Both the position numbers and the translations under genes were made by a program. A stretch of DNA of 62,494 bases, counting the filler, from Globobulimina sp. (taxonomy: Eukaryota), in NCBI GenBank assembly GCA_003354225.1. It is 21 parts of 21 records of this genome, joined end to end, with 100 filler letters (N's around TTAATTAATTAA, not from the genome) between each part and the next. Parts side by side here need not be neighbours in the genome. Positions count along the whole stretch, not along the records: positions 35,784 to 38,663 come from PIVH01004514.1; positions 38,764 to 41,643 come from PIVH01004515.1; positions 41,744 to 44,623 come from PIVH01004516.1; positions 44,724 to 47,603 come from PIVH01004517.1; positions 47,704 to 50,582 come from PIVH01004518.1; 16 more parts are not named here. One strand, given 5' to 3'. This document shows, piece after piece, positions 37,455-49,170 of the stretch. A model generated the notes under the pieces. That model had not been told where the DNA came from. It did not search any database and was given only the letters and a program-made list of their open reading frames with translations. Within the stretch, counting starts at the first letter, position 1. Each line of letters opens with the position of its first letter.

Positions 37455-37748
37455 TTATGTGATGTATACTTTACAAGTCATCGGCGACACAACATACGCT
37501 TTGGTTGGATCTGGTAATTTTTGTATAGCTATCATTATCAAAGGGATTTTAGCAGGATATTTTGTAAATAATTGTGGAGCACTCATTACTTTTTGCAATG
37601 CAGGAGATAATAATGTCAAAGATGACAAATCTGTTGCATTGTGTTTGGTAAATAAATGTTTGATCTCTGATAAATTATTTTCTTCGATCCATGCATCGAA
37701 ATTGAAATCTTCGCCTTCATTTTGTGTCATAGAGAATTGTTCATTCAC
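37455..37748 (-). CDS. Small SAM-like domain ORF (possibly a first exon)
   Basis: FNFDAWIEENNLSEIKHLFTKH. Confidence 0.4.
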   Translation of the reverse strand: MNEQFSMTQNEGEDFNFDAWIEENNLSEIKHLFTKHNATDLSSLTLLSPALQKVMSAPQLFTKYPAKIPLIMIAIQKLPDPTKAYVVSPMTCKVYIT

Positions 37749-37883
37749 ATTTGTGTCATACGAACAAAAGTTGTTTTTAAGGTTTATTTAAGTTGACACC
37801 TACAGTAAGCAGAAACGTTTAAGCGGAAGATATAATATCATGAAAAATGGAAAATGGAAAATGTAAAATGAAAATTAAAGTCA

Positions 37884-38480
37884 TTACTCAAATTGTGGTG
37901 GTGCCGATGGTTGTACCACAAACGTATCAGCAACATTCATTTGATTTGTATCGAAATTCCAATTCGGTGGTGGTTCACATAGATCTTGTTTTTGCGAGGC
38001 AGGATACACAGTCAATGGCATTGATATGTCAACATTGCTCGCACCTTTCATGATCAATTTAACTTTCAACCTATAATTCGAATGTATCAATGTACTGTTT
38101 GTGGTCGGTGTGATATCCATTGGTATCTGGATACTGAATTCCTTTGTATCTTTATATCCCGATGGTAATCCAGCATGCTTTCTGCATACAACTTGCGAGC
38201 TATATTGCTCTTTATATCCAGATGCATAAACCATAAAATCCTTTTTAATCGATAACTGAACATTTTTTATTTCGCATTCACTGTTATTTTCCACATCACA
38301 TATCGTATTTTGTGTATCTCCTGGAAACACCGCATTTTTCTCCGCAACTGCACTTATTGAACATGTTCCTTTATTGAAAAACCAACAAAATTTAATATTT
38401 GCTACGTTTGTCACCATTTGTTCTGTTATCATATGTTTTAATTTCTCCTCAACATAGAACTGTTGCGAATTTGTTAATGT
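37884..38480 (-). CDS. Alpha-arrestin-like protein, C-terminal domain (5'-incomplete)
   Basis: FPGDT....CDVENNS, IQIP.DITPT....LIHSNYRLKV, and a PSAPP tail. Confidence 0.7.
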   Translation of the reverse strand, partial: TLTNSQQFYVEEKLKHMITEQMVTNVANIKFCWFFNKGTCSISAVAEKNAVFPGDTQNTICDVENNSECEIKNVQLSIKKDFMVYASGYKEQYSSQVVCRKHAGLPSGYKDTKEFSIQIPMDITPTTNSTLIHSNYRLKVKLIMKGASNVDISMPLTVYPASQKQDLCEPPPNWNFDTNQMNVADTFVVQPSAPPQFE

Positions 38481-38763
38481 ACTATTTATTCTTCCAAATT
38501 TCCTGCAATTGGTCCAAGGTCTTGGCAACCTGTTCCTTCGCTTCTATCCCGGAATTTTCCAATGTCACCTGGAGAACAGTGACCTTTTCTGCCATGGTGG
38601 CTAGCATTGAATCCTTTTCTTCGAGGTTAGATGCTAATTCTTCACTTTTAAAATTGTTTTCTTNNNNNNNNNNNNNNNNNNNNNNNNNNNNNNNNNNNNN
38701 NNNNNNNTTAATTAATTAANNNNNNNNNNNNNNNNNNNNNNNNNNNNNNNNNNNNNNNNNNNN

Positions 38764-39032
38764 GTGATTTTAAACGATTTGGAGGGAAAGGTGGTAAAAA
38801 ATATACAATATTATTGGTGCACATTGTTGATGATGAAAACAATGAATTATGTGATCATATATGGCTAAATGTAGGCAAACAAGTGAAAAGTTTGGGTCAT
38901 TTGAATATTGGCGACAAAATAAAATTCAATGCAAGGGTTAAAAAATATAGAAAAGGCTCAATTAAACGAGGAATCCCTGTTCGATATGACTACAAATTCA
39001 ATTATCCGTCGAAAGTCCATCTGCTGGAATAA
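38764..39032 (+). CDS. Small OB-fold-like protein resembling phage/bacterial hypotheticals (5'-truncated)
   Basis: FKRFG.K..TILL..DHIW..GDKIKFNARVKKYRKG..DYKFNYPSKV. Confidence 0.5.
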
Positions 39033-39220
39033 TTTCTGCAAAACAAAAGAAATCCAATCGTGTCATTTTGGTGACACAATCATAGTTTTAGTCAACAATT
39101 TATTTTCTATTTTTATTTAAAAATATTCGGAAAACACAAAAGTCAGTTTGTTATGATTGATTTGTAGAGGGGAAGTTCAAACAACCACTAACAATACGAC
39201 ACAAACTCCGAAATTACATA

Positions 39221-41262
39221 TCACACAACATTCAATTTATCCGATATAAACTGAACAAAATCAGATAAATGACCAGATATTTTATTAAAATCTCCTGCAA
39301 ATAAATCGGAAAAAAACTCTTTAATGTTACTAAACAAAGACATATTCATAATATCTCCATTCCATAAATTAGCACAAAAATCCTTGATATTGTTAATAAA
39401 CGGCACATCCAATAAACTCAATAAATCTTCAAATACTTTCTCCAAACCTCCATTCCATAAATTCATACAGAAATCTTTGATGGTGCTAAAAAATTGTACA
39501 TCCAATACAGAATCAACAAACTCCAATAAATCTTTAAATATTTTCTCAAAATCGCCATTCCATAAATTCTGGACGAAATTAGATATTTTGCCCAATATAT
39601 TTCCAAATCCATAGATCTTTTTAAATTGTTTAAGTATATTAGAAAATGATAAATCGGAAAATAAGTCTTTAAACCAATCGAATAGACCAAGTTTCGTTGC
39701 TCCCCATTTTAAAAATTGACCGAATTCCGTTCCTCCAATCTTTCCCATAAATGAACCAAAAGCAGTCGGACCAATTAATTTTGCGAACACAATGATTGCA
39801 GCAAATATGACAGCTGTCAACACCGCAGCAATTAATATTTTATCCCAAGGCATTGAGCATAATAAATCCCAAAACATGGATACCAAACAACTTAATAATG
39901 ACCACAATCGCTCACAAAGATTACTTATTACATTTCGTAAAGTTGCAACAAAATTAAATGCAGATAATACAAAATTAAATGATTTCCATAACACAGACAA
40001 TACACTCGACCATAAAGTGGAAATAATCATACTTAATCCATTAAATATAAATTCAAATACACTCAAAATTTGTGAAATGATAGGAATTTTATGAAGAAGC
40101 CATAATATGCCAGATAGAATATTATTGAATGTCCAACATAGCACAGAACTGATATTTTTAAACAACGACCATAAACCAGAGGCAATGGTACTTAACGCCC
40201 ACCATAACCCAGAAACGATATTTTTAAACAACGACCATAATCCTTTCAGCATACCCCATATAAATCCAGCTGGATACCAAAAGAATATATTTCCAAAGCC
40301 GAATATAAATCCGGCTAAAAATGCCGCAATGCCTCCGCAAATACCACCGGCCCAACGAGCACCATCGTTGTTAAAACAGCCATCCGCCTCTGAATAATAG
40401 TCATCATACCAATGACGCTGTCTATCTTTATTTCTACAGCTGTCTCTATCCCAAACTCTATCTCTATTCGAGTCTCTATCCGAATGTCGATCTCTACCCC
40501 AATTGAGGTTATTATTTTCCTCTTCACGTTGCTTTGTAATCGTTCTGAAAATATTTTTATATTTAATGCAAGGATAAAAACAAAAAATAATAACAAATAC
40601 CGTTGAGGATTCATATATTGATCTTTATCATTATCATTATAATTTATATGATCTCGTTCTTTTTCTTTGGATTTGGATTCCGTCTTATCATGAATTTCAG
40701 GATCAGCATCAATACATCCTTCATACAGTGCTACTGCAATGTTTATTGATTTGCAACCAAATAATGATGAAGTTGTGACTTTAGTATGATTATGATATAA
40801 ATACCATTCGTTACATGCAAAATTAAATTCTAATGCGTATATGTCACAGGAATTAAAATCTAAAGTCGATTCATATTTACTCCCAGCACAATATTTGTTA
40901 TCCGCATCATAGTAAAAAGATTTATTATTTGACCAATATTTATCTAGACCTTTAAACCAAAATCGAGAATAATTCTCATTAATTTCAATCCCAACAGAAT
41001 CATCTCTTCTAAATCCATCTCCTGGAATAGCTGGTTTGTCGGACCAATAAGCCAATGAAGGGTCGCGTGTATAAAATCCAATATAGCCAGAAGGTGAATA
41101 TATTTTGAAGTTGATCTTGAAACGTTGAACCATATCATTGGTGATTGGATGTGATACATGCATATGATGGCTACCACCCACGGTTGTATGGACTTTAGTA
41201 TCAGAACCCACTAGTAATCCACCTCCTTCTTTTCCTCTTTTCCATTTAAATGTAGCCGTCAT
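39221..41262 (-). CDS. SPRY-like domain, RD-rich linker and membrane/amphipathic repeat protein; intron 40545-40600
   Basis: A 56-nt GT-AG intron joins ORF 40315-41262 in frame to 39221-40252 via DRDSNRDR..AGGICGGIAAFLAGF; repeats LWSLFKNI and NLWNGDFEKIFKDL. Confidence 0.65.
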
Positions 41263-42241
41263 TCAACCCTCAGTAAGTAAGTTAGTCATGACTGAGGAAG
41301 GTATCATATATTTATATTAAGGTGATCTATATGTACTGAGAGATAGCAAGTAACCAAACAAAAAAAAGAAACAATTATACTAATTGTCAAAATCATTGTC
41401 GCTCAGTTTCTTTTCATAATCATTGTCGTTTTTTAGGAATTCCAGGACTTTTAGAACTATCCGTCTGTACAGAAATGAATTTCTGGGTGACAAAAACGTT
41501 ATAAGGTAACAAATGCGTTGCTGTTTGACAGAAAAACCTGCTCAAAACCTTGAGAAACGTTTCTATCTGCAGCGGGACAGAAGAATCGCAAAGTTCCAAA
41601 ATCCCAAAAGTCTATGGATCCTAAAACATGAACGACAATGATTNNNNNNNNNNNNNNNNNNNNNNNNNNNNNNNNNNNNNNNNNNNNTTAATTAATTAAN
41701 NNNNNNNNNNNNNNNNNNNNNNNNNNNNNNNNNNNNNNNNNNNACCAGCCATTGGGATAAGAAACGAATTTAGAAAATTATATCAAACACATTTTCCTCA
41801 CATAGAATGATAACACTTAGACATAAAACATTGTACATTACTGTCTTTATAACTAATGTCCCAAAATATTTCATTAATTTTATCTCATTTCTCATATGTT
41901 GAAAAAAGGTCAATTTTTTGAACCAATTTTGAAAAAAGCCCGAACAAGTTCATTCTGGAATGATTCAAGGTTTCAATGTTTGTAGGTCCGACAAAATCCG
42001 ATTATGTTTCTTTCATTACTGCTAATCTGCTGTGAAATATTGGTCAAACCTACAAACCTATTTCGTGACTGATATTGGTCTGGTGGTTGAATTAGAATCT
42101 GTTGCAATGAATGAACTCGGCGTACCTTCGACTTGTAATAATCACTCCACAGTGTAAGGCAATATGATATGTATAATGGATAGAAAATGCAAACTCAGCA
42201 AAAAAAAAATAAAAATAACAATTTATTCCATTCAACCATCA

Positions 42242-44118
42242 TCACGTTGTATTATATCCTAAATTACGTTTTAGAGCTAAGGGCGTATAATCATACTCTT
42301 TATTGATTCGACAACAAAATCTCAGACAACATCCATATTTAAAATACAACAATACCCAAATACATAAAGCAACAAATACACAAAATCCAATCAAGACAAT
42401 CCAATCATGGCTTATTAATATTTCATCATTTATTGTCGTTCTTAACTCTCTACAAACTTCACTGTGGCAGTTCAAATGAGTATCAATCAAACCTTTAAAA
42501 TAAGCAATCTCTCCATCAGTTAATCCAAAATATCCATTATGTAGTTGCCATGGATCAGTATCCAAGTTATAATATTCTCCATTTGCTTCAACCGATCCTT
42601 GTTCGCATTCAACTTCTTCATATTTATGATCATAACACGTATATTCACACAATATCTCACCAATATTATCATTATCAATCGAAGCAATCAATTTTGACCC
42701 GTCAATAATGCGAATACATTTAAATGTATTATTCCATAAATCACACTCTATTTTATCAATTTCATCCGTATGGGCTGGACAATGTATTATTCGCTTATTT
42801 AATGGTTCTAATGTCTGGTGATTGTAATCCGTTGCTCCGTGATATTCCACTAAAAATTCTTGCTTTGCATTAAATATTTCGAGTTCCTCCTTTTCATTCA
42901 AATTAAAATAAGTCAGCAATGATTCTCCATCCATTGAATCTGGCACTGAGCCAATGGCTAAATCAACGATGGTTGGCGCAATATCAATGGTTAACGCAGT
43001 CTTCGAGGTTTGCTTATTTTGCTCACCAACGCCAGGACCATGGATATAAAATGGTATTCTTAGCGTAGTAACAATGTGACAATGACATTGAGTCAAGGTG
43101 CCATGATGCAGATAGTAGCATACCTTAAATCAGTTTCGTATAATAATTTTTTGCCAAACCACATGCCGTATTGACCGATATGGAATCCATGATCAGAGGC
43201 ATAGATAAAATAAGTATTTTCAATCTGTCCCATTGCTTTAATTTGTTGGTATAAATCATAAATTATATCATCCACCGCCATAAAAGTGCCATGTCTCCCT
43301 CGATACACTTTGTCCGCCATTAAAATCTGTGCCTCACTCATTTTCTTTTGCATCCTCAAAACTGGTCCTTTATCATTATTACTTTCATCCTCGTTGAAAT
43401 AATTGAAATTCTTCAATTTCGGCGTTGTCAAGCTTTCATCCTCCAAAATATGCAGCAAATCATCAGGCGGCGTCCATGGCGAATGTCCAGAGGGAAAACA
43501 CAATGATATTAAAAAGGGAGTATTTTGTTGTACACTTTGCAGAAACATTTTAGCTTTGTTTGCCATTACAAACGGTAAGTAATCCACATCCCCATTAAAT
43601 CCGTGGTATTCAGTCTGTCTTCCTTTTATCGACAAACTATAATCATAATATACTGCATCACCAATCAATGCATACCAATCCGTCCAACCTTTAGGAATAT
43701 GAGTAAATGGCATTTCATCTGTCAATCCGTACAAATTTAGATATTTCCCACTGAAAAATGTGCGATAATCTGCTTGTTGCAAATAGGCTGCATAGGAATA
43801 CGGTTCCTGTTCTTTTATGAATTTCAGAGAGCCACAGCCACCGTAGATGCTGTTGTTATATATTTGTGAGTTATGGACGTATCTGCCCGTTAATATGGAG
43901 CCTCTGCTTACACAGCAAACTGGTGTCGATGCGAAGGCATTGGTGAACTCGAGGGTATTGCTGGAAAATAGTTGCATTGTTTTGGGGAATGCTGTCATTC
44001 CATTAATCAGCACATCTTGGTCATCCAATAGAAATAATACAATATTGGGTGCTTGTTGCGCTTGATACAAGTTAACGAGTGTAAGGAAACCAAATAGCGA
44101 GAGCCAAGACGACAGCAT
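42242..44118 (-). CDS. GNS-like sulfatase with signal peptide and C-terminal TM; intron 43059-43123
   Basis: PNIVLFLLDDQD, PVCCVSRGSILTG, GKYLN, SDHGFHIGQ, YETDLR|IPFYIHGPG. Confidence 0.9.
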
Positions 44119-44395
44119 GCTTAATTATTTTTATATTAAAGAGAAAAACTTTAATAAGCACTGCCAGTGACGGCAATATTAATCAGCGTTAGAATATTTC
44201 GTACTTTAGAATAGGGTATGTTTGAAACACTTTTCTTTTGAAATTGTATACATTATCCTTGCACTGCATGAAAATCTCTGTAAAGGTAGAAAATGAGTTG
44301 AAGATGATGTACGGCAACTTTTATTATAGTACATAATGGATGAATATAAAGGATTGATATTATTTTTTTTGCATGAGTTTGTATTTCAAATTGTT

Positions 44396-44623
44396 TCATA
44401 TATCATTGATTTCTGTGTTGCTGCTACTTAGACTGCCAACAGCGCTCAATTCAATCGCCATTTTGCTATTGTGTACTCCGACAATTTGCGAGCAGCATCT
44501 TTGACAGATAGCGTCCATTTTATTGCACAATTTCTTGTAATAATTGTCAAAGTATCGGAAAGTCAACACAACGCATAGAAAATTTGTAAATACATCTGTA
44601 TTCATTAAAATTGCGCAGATAAA
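44396..44623 (-). CDS. 3' end of a membrane protein (7TM-like tail)
   Basis: DVFTNFLCVVLTF.YFD.YYKKLC. Confidence 0.45.
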   Translation of the reverse strand, partial: FICAILMNTDVFTNFLCVVLTFRYFDNYYKKLCNKMDAICQRCCSQIVGVHNSKMAIELSAVGSLSSSNTEINDI

Positions 44624-44723
44624 NNNNNNNNNNNNNNNNNNNNNNNNNNNNNNNNNNNNNNNNNNNNTTAATTAATTAANNNNNNNNNNNNNNNNNNNNN
44701 NNNNNNNNNNNNNNNNNNNNNNN

Positions 44724-46712
44724 GATATAGTGTTAAAAATCTTTATTTATTTTTAGCTGCGCAATGTATGGAGTTAATAAATATGAAGGAAATTAATGTA
44801 CAATATTTATCCAATGATTCACAAGTATTTACTATTCGCGCCAAAATCAAAATACATTTTGATTCAATATTCCATAAAAATGCGATTACTCCGATTGATA
44901 GTTAAGTACACATAACTGTTTTAAGTACATATAATATTCTAATATTTTATTTGTATAGTAAGCGTGTATGTTGATGGTGATTCTGTGATAATACAGAATA
45001 GACGAGTTGCACCGCAACCAATTGTTCTGTATGCTGGTAATGATAATGAAATATTAGAAAATTTAGAGGATATATTTATAAATTTATTAAGGGCAATTCG
45101 TACATCACAATCACAACCCATTCATTACAAAAGAAAAATAGTTTTTCAGTTAGGCGACAAAACCATCACATGTGACGGTGCACCACGAAATAAGATCTCA
45201 TGTATTAAAGGTGGAGGTCATGTTAAACGTTTTGGATATGGGTTAGAAACAGCAGAATATACTCACATAATTGCTTGTCATAATCCAAAATTTATGATTA
45301 CATTAAACGATTATTATGAAGCATATGATGAAGAACAGAAAAAATATAAAGATGCAGAGGAAAAAGATATTAAAAGTATGTTTTTTACTTTTTGCATGTT
45401 TACAGAAATAACGTCGTCCTTTTCAAATGACAGAAAATGATCAGTATTTTGGAAGAGAACTATTTTTGAAGAAATATCAACATATTTTACCCGAAATTGG
45501 TTCTACAAGGATTGGCATTGCATCGTTTCATGCTTGCGCGCAAATAACGGAAACTTCAAGTCTTATTGCATGTAAAATAATTGATGAAAAAAACCCAATG
45601 TATGCTAAAATAGCAAACTCTTTAACTGAATGGGATAAAAGAACAAACAGAGGTGAAGGCAGTTATGGTGCACAGGAAGGCATGAAAGTATTATATGAGT
45701 ATGTAGATATATCTGCTATATGAAAAAACTCTACAATAAATTATAAAGGGTTGCCAACAATTTGCCAAATTATATAAAATGTGAATATCAAAATTATGCG
45801 CATTATCTACGAATAATTACGACTGTAGTGGCATATTTATTAACTCGTAAATCAGTAACAAAAGAATTATTAGCTTTAATGCAATTGTATGGATTTTCTG
45901 GATATATGTTAACAGGTAAACTATCTACCTTAACTGGTGGAAAAGATAAAGATCATATATCATATCTTAGTGGTGAAGGCTCCCCGAAATTATTGAATTT
46001 TTTTATTCATTCACATATATATTCAAACTATACTAAAGAGCCACAAGGGTTAGTCAGTGAAAGAGAAAATGAGTTTGCAATGCGATCTTATCCGCAATGG
46101 GTATCTGATGCACATAAAAAACAACCTTTAGGCAATATTTCTGAGGAAGTATCAGGTATTGAAACACTTAAAAAACCGTACAAACAAAAAACACGTCGCC
46201 GACTATTCCATAATATCGTAGTACCTTTGCCAACTAATTTAAAAATTCATAATTGTTTTTTAAAAGAATTATTCACAACCCGCTGCATATTGCAATATTT
46301 TTATTTTCTTCAAAAATCATTAATAAATGATATTAAAAGTATTGACAAATTATTTATATTTCAAAAAAATGGCACAATGTCAACCAAGACAACATTTATT
46401 GATACAAATTGGGATTCGAAAGAATGTATTGTTTGTTTTTGTGAAGGGAAAAGAGAAAGAGATATTTCAAAAAAGATTGATTTTGCTACTTACAGAGAAA
46501 TATTGTGGAGAAAATGTAATGATTTATCCAATCAATGTGATAAAAAAATGAATAAAATATGGCCTGGTTTAGATAAAACAAACACAATGAATGAATTAAT
46601 GGGAACTTTGGGGGAAGAAAAAGAAAATCATAATTCTCCACCAGGAAAAAAATCAAAATTAAATGATTCCACAATAAAAAAAAAAAAGTATTTAAAAAAA
46701 AGAAAAAGATAA
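44724..46712 (+). CDS. RAG1/Transib-like DDE transposase, 5'-truncated; introns 44901-44958, 45376-45433, 45699-45748
   Basis: All three GT-AG introns restore one frame. Motifs in order: KIKIHFD, QPIVLYAGND, TITCDGA, GIASFHA, PKLLNFFIHS, PQGLVSERENE; basic NLS-like C-terminus. Confidence 0.65.
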
Positions 46713-46727
46713 CATCTTTTTTTTTGC

Positions 46728-47462
46728 ATAAATATAATAAAATCATGAATATTTTAAGGCTAGGTTTTTTTGCATGATATGAGTAACATTCGTCAGTTTT
46801 CAGTTTAGTTTTTATGTGGTTGTAATATTAATATATGTAAATGTAACATGTAACAATATAAAAAAAATCACAGCGGTGCATCTTTTTTAAAACTGCGTTC
46901 TTTCTCATTAATTTTGCAAAAACTGTCCACTCTTTTCGGCAGAGTGGACAGATTTTGCAAAATCAGCGCCAATATGTGAATGGTTTTGCCAACAAAATAA
47001 AATGATATATTTGTCAGATTTCAAATTAATTTTTATGTAATAATAATCTTAATATATGTACATGTAACATATAACAATATAAAAAAAATCACAGCGGTGC
47101 ATCTTTTTTAAAACTTTATTTTTCCGCATGACTTGCGAAAAATATTCGTCATATTTTACGTCTCGCTACGTAGTCGCGTGGAATCTATTTACGTCTCTTT
47201 TTTGCCAAGAAACTAAGCTACAATAAATATAATAAAATCATGAACTTAAAACAAAAAATGTATTTCCAAATATTCTATCAAAATACTTAAATCATGTACA
47301 GAGTTTGAAACTCTATCAAAATACTCAAAGAGTTTTGAAACTCTGTGGATCCAGATTCCAAACTCTGTTCACCAGATTTCAAAACTCTGTAGCAAAAAAT
47401 GAACAGAGTTTTGAAACTCTGTTCCAAATTTGATAGAGTTTCAATCTAGGTACAGAGTTTCA
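46728..47462. repeat. Subterminal-type repeat array downstream of the transposase
   Basis: 67-bp direct repeat (46828-46894, 47049-47115), 22-bp direct repeat (46728-46749, 47223-47244), 23-bp-arm hairpin (46911-46963), about ten AGAGTTT/AAACTCT half-sites (47300-47462). Confidence 0.85.
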
Positions 47463-47703
47463 ACATTAACTTGAAAGTGCTTTGATCCGTCGGCAGAATG
47501 TATACTGGATTTATTAAACGAAGCATTGAGGAAAGGGGTGGTAGTTTGGAATAAGACACATTTTATTAAACGCCGAGGATGCGGAATGGGCAGAAGTTGG
47601 GCGNNNNNNNNNNNNNNNNNNNNNNNNNNNNNNNNNNNNNNNNNNNNTTAATTAATTAANNNNNNNNNNNNNNNNNNNNNNNNNNNNNNNNNNNNNNNNN
47701 NNN

Positions 47704-48207
47704 CAATATTACTTTTATCACAATGACCATCTCGGGACTCCGCAGAAGATCACGGCAGTCAATGGGGCAGTTGTATGGAGCGCCAAATACTCATCATTTG
47801 GGAAAGCAACTGTTGAAATAGAGACGGTTGAGAATAACCTCAGGTTCCCGGGCCAGTACTGGGATGAAGAGACCGGGCTGCATTATAACTGGTACAGATA
47901 TTTTGATCCTGAAGTTGGTAGATATCTTAGAGAAGATCCAATCGGTATTGAGGGCGGCTTAAACTATTATCGTTATGTCCTTAATAACCCAATTAATTCC
48001 TTTGATAGTAATGGACTTGTTTGTCAAACTCTATACTCTTTTACAACACCTGGAGGAATGAGCAAAGAAAGTTTATTGAAAGAAACGGGAGATTTTGAAA
48101 ATCACACAAACATTGCCTATGATAACATTGATATAGATAACGCCTATCGATGCGCAATAGCTCTGCATACATCCATTGACGATGAAATCGCGTTGCTTTT
48201 ACACTGA
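47704..48207 (+). CDS. Bacterial Rhs-associated core fragment plus start of a C-terminal tip, probably chimeric
   Basis: YHNDHLGTPQ..NLRFPGQYWDEETGLHYNWYRYFDPEVGRYLREDPIGIEGGLN..NPINSFDSNGL; not in the ORF track. Confidence 0.9.
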   Translation, partial: QYYFYHNDHLGTPQKITAVNGAVVWSAKYSSFGKATVEIETVENNLRFPGQYWDEETGLHYNWYRYFDPEVGRYLREDPIGIEGGLNYYRYVLNNPINSFDSNGLVCQTLYSFTTPGGMSKESLLKETGDFENHTNIAYDNIDIDNAYRCAIALHTSIDDEIALLLH

Positions 48208-48297
48208 AAACCTTGCAAGTAACTTAGACTTTTGTCTTCAAAAAAAACTTTAAAATTCATTGAACAAAACTCACAATTAAAATTCTCACATTCTCCA

Positions 48298-48861
48298 TTA
48301 TTTTTTCCTTTGCGACATCATTAAAATCTGCACCACTCTCACAAAAATATTGATAGCATCCAAATACAATCCCATTTGTTCGCTAACCGGATCAAAGCGT
48401 GCCGCCACCTGAGCGTCGTGCAACACCCTCTGTGCGTCGTGCGCTGTCATCAAACCAAATAACCCAAGTCCTCCATACAAGGACACATTCATCAATAAGG
48501 TGCTGCCGGGAAAGAACATACCACCCAAACTCGCGGCAATCACAATGCCTAATCCGACCCCTAAGTATGGCCCCATTCGCAAGAAAGTATCGTTGGGCGA
48601 CACCATGGCCGCAGTGCTCATACCGCCTACAATGCAGCCCGTGATTAGCGCGGCCTGCTGCACAATGGCACCGCCTGCAATGCCACATAAAGTCACCAAG
48701 GAGAGGCCCACCAAACCATTGGTGGCGGCCCAAGCTAAATGTTTGGCCATTGGCGAGGTGTGATAGTCAATGCGCATCGTCATGTGTATGGCGCCGAAGG
48801 TCAACAACATGGTTCCAATACCAAATACCATTGGATTCATTGCCATGACGCGGCCCAACAT
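48298..48861 (-). CDS. GHITM: GHITM/Bax inhibitor-1 family protein, last exon
   Basis: AKHLAW, A..TG.IVGGMS..A..SP...FL.MG, LYGGL.LF, LYLDAINIFVR. Confidence 0.85.
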   Translation of the reverse strand: MLGRVMAMNPMVFGIGTMLLTFGAIHMTMRIDYHTSPMAKHLAWAATNGLVGLSLVTLCGIAGGAIVQQAALITGCIVGGMSTAAMVSPNDTFLRMGPYLGVGLGIVIAASLGGMFFPGSTLLMNVSLYGGLGLFGLMTAHDAQRVLHDAQVAARFDPVSEQMGLYLDAINIFVRVVQILMMSQRKK

Positions 48862-49170
48862 ACCTATGTAATGTGTGTGTTGTATGCGTCATTTCTGCAG
48901 TTTTTTGAGGGTGGCAATTTCACGAAATTTCGCACGGAGTTTCGGTGAATTATGAATGTAATGTTTGTCACATACCGCGGGATAAAAATAAAAAGGTGGT
49001 GGCTCCGGTTAATACAACAGAGCCGGCGAGATATCCGTACGTTTTTGCAATTCGTCGCCACGTAAAAACGATATATACATAAAATACGTAGATCAAAAGC
49101 AAAACACCAATCCCACACAAAACAGAATAAGAAGAAAAAAGCCCAACACGCAGCATCAGCGCCACTTACT

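Noticed and set aside
39221-40252. Phage tape measure gene
   Set aside because: Joined by a spliceosomal intron to a eukaryotic-type upstream exon.
45376-45762. Apparent frameshifts making the transposase a pseudogene
   Set aside because: Both breaks are explained exactly by GTATGT..AG introns.
46869-46897. CACAGCG (two copies) as an RSS heptamer
   Set aside because: No ACAAAAACC-like nonamer at 12 or 23 nt spacing, and the copies are internal direct repeats.
47300-47462. CRISPR-like array
   Set aside because: Units are short, irregularly spaced and in both orientations, with no unique spacers or cas genes.
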